Shown here piece by piece: positions 60,875 to 64,000 of a DNA stretch of 64,000 nt. Under the pieces are notes generated by a model. It saw nothing but the letters and a program-made list of their open reading frames with translations. It ran no database searches and was not told the DNA's origin. The DNA is from Escherichia coli. Lineage in GTDB: Bacteria; Pseudomonadota; Gammaproteobacteria; Enterobacterales; Enterobacteriaceae. Position 1 is the first letter of the stretch. Each line of letters opens with the position of its first letter. Both the position numbers and the translations under genes were made by a program. The stretch is from assembly GCF_003334785.1 (NCBI RefSeq), contig NZ_QOWV01000001.1; one strand, written 5' to 3'.

Positions 60875-62158
60875 ATGGAATCCCTGACGTTACAACCCAT
60901 CGCTCGTGTCGATGGCACTATTAATCTGCCCGGTTCCAAGAGCGTTTCTAACCGCGCTTTATTGCTGGCGGCATTAGCACACGGCAAAACAGTATTAACC
61001 AATCTGCTGGATAGCGATGACGTGCGCCATATGCTGAATGCATTAACAGCGTTAGGGGTAAGCTATACGCTTTCAGCCGATCGTACGCGTTGCGAAATTA
61101 TCGGTAACGGCGGTCCATTACACGCAGAAGGTGCCCTGGAGTTGTTCCTCGGTAACGCCGGAACGGCAATGCGTCCGCTGGCGGCAGCTCTTTGTCTGGG
61201 TAGCAATGATATTGTGCTGACCGGTGAGCCGCGTATGAAAGAACGCCCGATTGGTCATCTGGTGGATGCGCTGCGCCTGGGCGGGGCGAAGATCACTTAC
61301 CTGGAACAAGAAAATTATCCGCCGTTGCGTTTACAGGGCGGCTTTACTGGCGGCAACGTTGACGTTGATGGCTCCGTTTCCAGCCAATTCCTCACCGCAC
61401 TGTTAATGACTGCGCCTCTTGCGCCGGAAGATACGGTGATTCGTATTAAAGGCGATCTGGTTTCTAAACCTTATATCGACATCACACTCAATCTGATGAA
61501 GACGTTTGGTGTTGAAATTGAAAATCAGCACTATCAACAATTTGTCGTAAAAGGCGGGCAGTCTTATCAGTCTCCGGGTACTTATTTGGTCGAAGGCGAT
61601 GCATCTTCGGCTTCTTACTTTCTGGCAGCAGCAGCAATCAAAGGCGGCACTGTAAAAGTGACCGGTATTGGACGTAACAGTATGCAGGGTGATATTCGCT
61701 TTGCTGATGTGCTGGAAAAAATGGGCGCGACCATTTGCTGGGGCGATGATTATATTTCCTGCACGCGTGGTGAACTGAACGCTATTGATATGGATATGAA
61801 CCATATTCCTGATGCGGCGATGACCATTGCCACGGCGGCGTTATTTGCAAAAGGCACCACCACGCTGCGCAATATCTATAACTGGCGTGTTAAAGAGACC
61901 GATCGCCTGTTTGCGATGGCAACAGAACTGCGTAAAGTCGGCGCGGAAGTGGAAGAGGGGCACGATTACATTCGTATCACTCCTCCGGAAAAACTGAACT
62001 TTGCCGAGATCGCGACATACAATGATCACCGGATGGCGATGTGTTTCTCGCTGGTGGCGTTGTCAGATACACCAGTGACGATTCTTGATCCCAAATGCAC
62101 GGCCAAAACATTTCCGGATTATTTCGAGCAGCTGGCGCGGATTAGCCAGGCAGCCTGA
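60875..62158 (+). CDS. aroA: 3-phosphoshikimate 1-carboxyvinyltransferase (EPSP synthase)
   Basis: 427 aa [35 protein letters not shown]. Confidence 0.97.
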   Translation: MESLTLQPIARVDGTINLPGSKSVSNRALLLAALAHGKTVLTNLLDSDDVRHMLNALTALGVSYTLSADRTRCEIIGNGGPLHAEGALELFLGNAGTAMRPLAAALCLGSNDIVLTGEPRMKERPIGHLVDALRLGGAKITYLEQENYPPLRLQGGFTGGNVDVDGSVSSQFLTALLMTAPLAPEDTVIRIKGDLVSKPYIDITLNLMKTFGVEIENQHYQQFVVKGGQSYQSPGTYLVEGDASSASYFLAAAAIKGGTVKVTGIGRNSMQGDIRFADVLEKMGATICWGDDYISCTRGELNAIDMDMNHIPDAAMTIATAALFAKGTTTLRNIYNWRVKETDRLFAMATELRKVGAEVEEGHDYIRITPPEKLNFAEIATYNDHRMAMCFSLVALSDTPVTILDPKCTAKTFPDYFEQLARISQAA

Positions 62159-62326
62159 ATGAACAACGGGCAATAAATAGCCAAATCTTTCTTTATCAAA
62201 ACGTCGGCACATTGTCGGCGTTTTTTTTCGGACCTTGTGAGTCATTTTGATTAATGGTAGCGTCGCTTGTCAATGTAAGTTGTTGATACATAATATTTAT
62301 ATATGATTAATCAACGGATGATTCAC

Positions 62327-63091
62327 ATGAAGAATACTAAATTACTGCTGGCGATTGCGACCTCTGCAGCATTACTGACAGGGTGTCAAAATACCCACGG
62401 TATTGATACCAATATGGCTATCAGCTCCGGTTTAAATGCCTATAAAGCAGCAACATTAAGCGATGCCGATGCAAAAGCGATTGCCAATCAGGGCTGTGCC
62501 GAAATGGACAGCGGCAATCAAGTCGCAAGTAAATCCAGCAAGTACGGTAAACGTCTGGCAAAAATCGCCAAAGCATTGGGTAACAATATTAATGGCACGC
62601 CGGTCAACTATAAGGTTTATATGACCAGCGACGTCAACGCATGGGCGATGGCGAACGGCTGTGTTCGTGTCTACAGTGGCCTGATGGACATGATGAATGA
62701 CAACGAAATTGAAGGCGTTCTGGGCCATGAACTGGGCCACGTCGCGTTGGGTCACTCGCTGGCTGAAATGAAAGCTTCTTATGCGATCGTTGCCGCACGC
62801 GATGCCATTTCAGCTACCAGCGGTGTGGCTTCCCAGCTTTCCCGCTCACAATTAGGTGATATCGCAGAAGGCGCTATCAATGCTAAATACTCCCGTGATA
62901 AAGAGTCCGAAGCAGATGATTTCTCCTTTGATCTGTTGAAGAAACGTGGCATCAGCACCCAGGGGCTGGTTGGCAGCTTTGAAAAACTGGCTAGCCTGGA
63001 TGGCGGTCGCACCCAGTCCATGTTTGACTCTCACCCACCATCAACAGAGCGTGCGCAACACATCCGTGATCGTATCGCCTCTGGTAAGTAA
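62327..63091 (+). CDS. ycaL: putative metalloprotease lipoprotein YcaL (M48 family)
   Basis: 254 aa from MKNTKLLLAIATSAALLTGC (lipobox); HEXXH zinc motif GHELGHVALGH. Confidence 0.85.
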   Translation: MKNTKLLLAIATSAALLTGCQNTHGIDTNMAISSGLNAYKAATLSDADAKAIANQGCAEMDSGNQVASKSSKYGKRLAKIAKALGNNINGTPVNYKVYMTSDVNAWAMANGCVRVYSGLMDMMNDNEIEGVLGHELGHVALGHSLAEMKASYAIVAARDAISATSGVASQLSRSQLGDIAEGAINAKYSRDKESEADDFSFDLLKKRGISTQGLVGSFEKLASLDGGRTQSMFDSHPPSTERAQHIRDRIASGK

Positions 63092-63263
63092 ATCATTGTC
63101 ATCTTTCGGGCTGGTCTTCTGCCAGCCCGCTATAATTGCGCAATAAATCCCCATCTGAATACAGACAAAACTGGTTTTTGCACACAACGTTAACGATTTG
63201 TGGCGTCGGCGCGTATAATGCGCGCGGTTATGTTAACGGTACGCCTGTTTTAAGGAGATAAAG

Positions 63264-63947
63264 ATGACGGCAATTGCCCCGGTTATTACCATTGATGGCC
63301 CAAGCGGTGCAGGGAAAGGCACCTTGTGTAAGGCTATGGCGGAAGCGTTGCAATGGCATCTGCTGGACTCGGGTGCAATTTATCGCGTACTGGCATTGGC
63401 GGCATTACATCACCATGTTGATGTTGCGTCGGAAGATGCGCTGGTACCGCTGGCATCCCATCTGGATGTACGTTTTGTGTCGACCAATGGCAATCTGGAA
63501 GTGATCCTCGAAGGGGAAGATGTCAGCGGCGAAATTCGTACTCAGGAAGTGGCGAATGCAGCTTCACAAGTCGCGGCATTCCCACGCGTTCGTGAAGCAT
63601 TATTGCGTCGCCAACGCGCGTTTCGCGAATTACCAGGTCTGATTGCCGATGGCCGCGACATGGGAACGGTGGTATTCCCTGATGCACCAGTGAAAATTTT
63701 CCTTGACGCCTCCTCGGAAGAACGTGCGCATCGCCGCATGCTACAGTTGCAGGAGAAGGGCTTTAGTGTTAACTTTGAGCGCCTTTTGGCCGAGATCAAA
63801 GAACGCGACGACCGCGATCGTAACCGAGCGGTAGCGCCACTGGTTCCGGCAGCCGATGCTTTAGTGTTGGATTCCACCACCTTAAGCATTGAGCAAGTGA
63901 TTGAAAAAGCGCTACAATACGCGCGCCAGAAATTGGCTCTCGCATAA
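63264..63947 (+). CDS. cmk: cytidylate kinase
   Basis: 227 aa; P-loop [13 protein letters not shown]. Confidence 0.95.
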
Positions 63948-64000
63948 GCGACCGAATTTGCAGTACCCCCGTTGCAATGGAATGACAGCGGGTATGTTAA

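Noticed and set aside
62159-62302. Possible terminator hairpin after aroA (acgtcggcacattgtcggcgtttttttt)
   Set aside because: The T-run is clear but I could not fold a convincing stem from the flanking sequence by eye, so it is not listed as a feature; a folding program would settle it.

Overview
This window reads as a contiguous stretch of Escherichia coli K-12-like core chromosome running ybjO-rlmC-artJMQIP-ybjPQ-amiD-ybjST-ltaE-poxB-hcr-hcp-ybjE(lysO)-aqpZ-ybjD-ybjX-macAB-cspD-clpSA-[CRISPR remnant]-serW-infA-aat-cydCD-trxB-lrp-ftsK-lolA-rarA-serS-dmsABC-ycaCDMNK-pflAB-focA-ycaOP-serC-aroA-ycaL-cmk. Gene calls come from the supplied six-frame translations, which I recognise by protein motifs and conserved gene order; several start codons were moved from the longest ORF to the start consistent with the known protein length (including GTG starts for focA and ybjT, TTG for ftsK). 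Non-coding features read directly from the sequence include tRNA-Ser (serW), a two-repeat orphan type I-F CRISPR remnant between clpA and serW, REP/BIME palindromes, intrinsic terminator hairpins, and candidate FNR, LexA and ArgR operators. I found no IS element, integrase, prophage block or obviously foreign gene cluster, and I do not see evidence for a novel multi-gene system here. The leads most worth a second look are an unexplained GC-rich nest of perfect palindromes upstream of ybjE/lysO, the conserved OLD-family ATPase-Toprim protein YbjD with its convergent neighbour ybjX, and the orphan I-F CRISPR remnant bracketed by an 11-bp direct repeat. Coordinates of non-coding features were read by eye and may be off by 1-2 bp; no database search was run.
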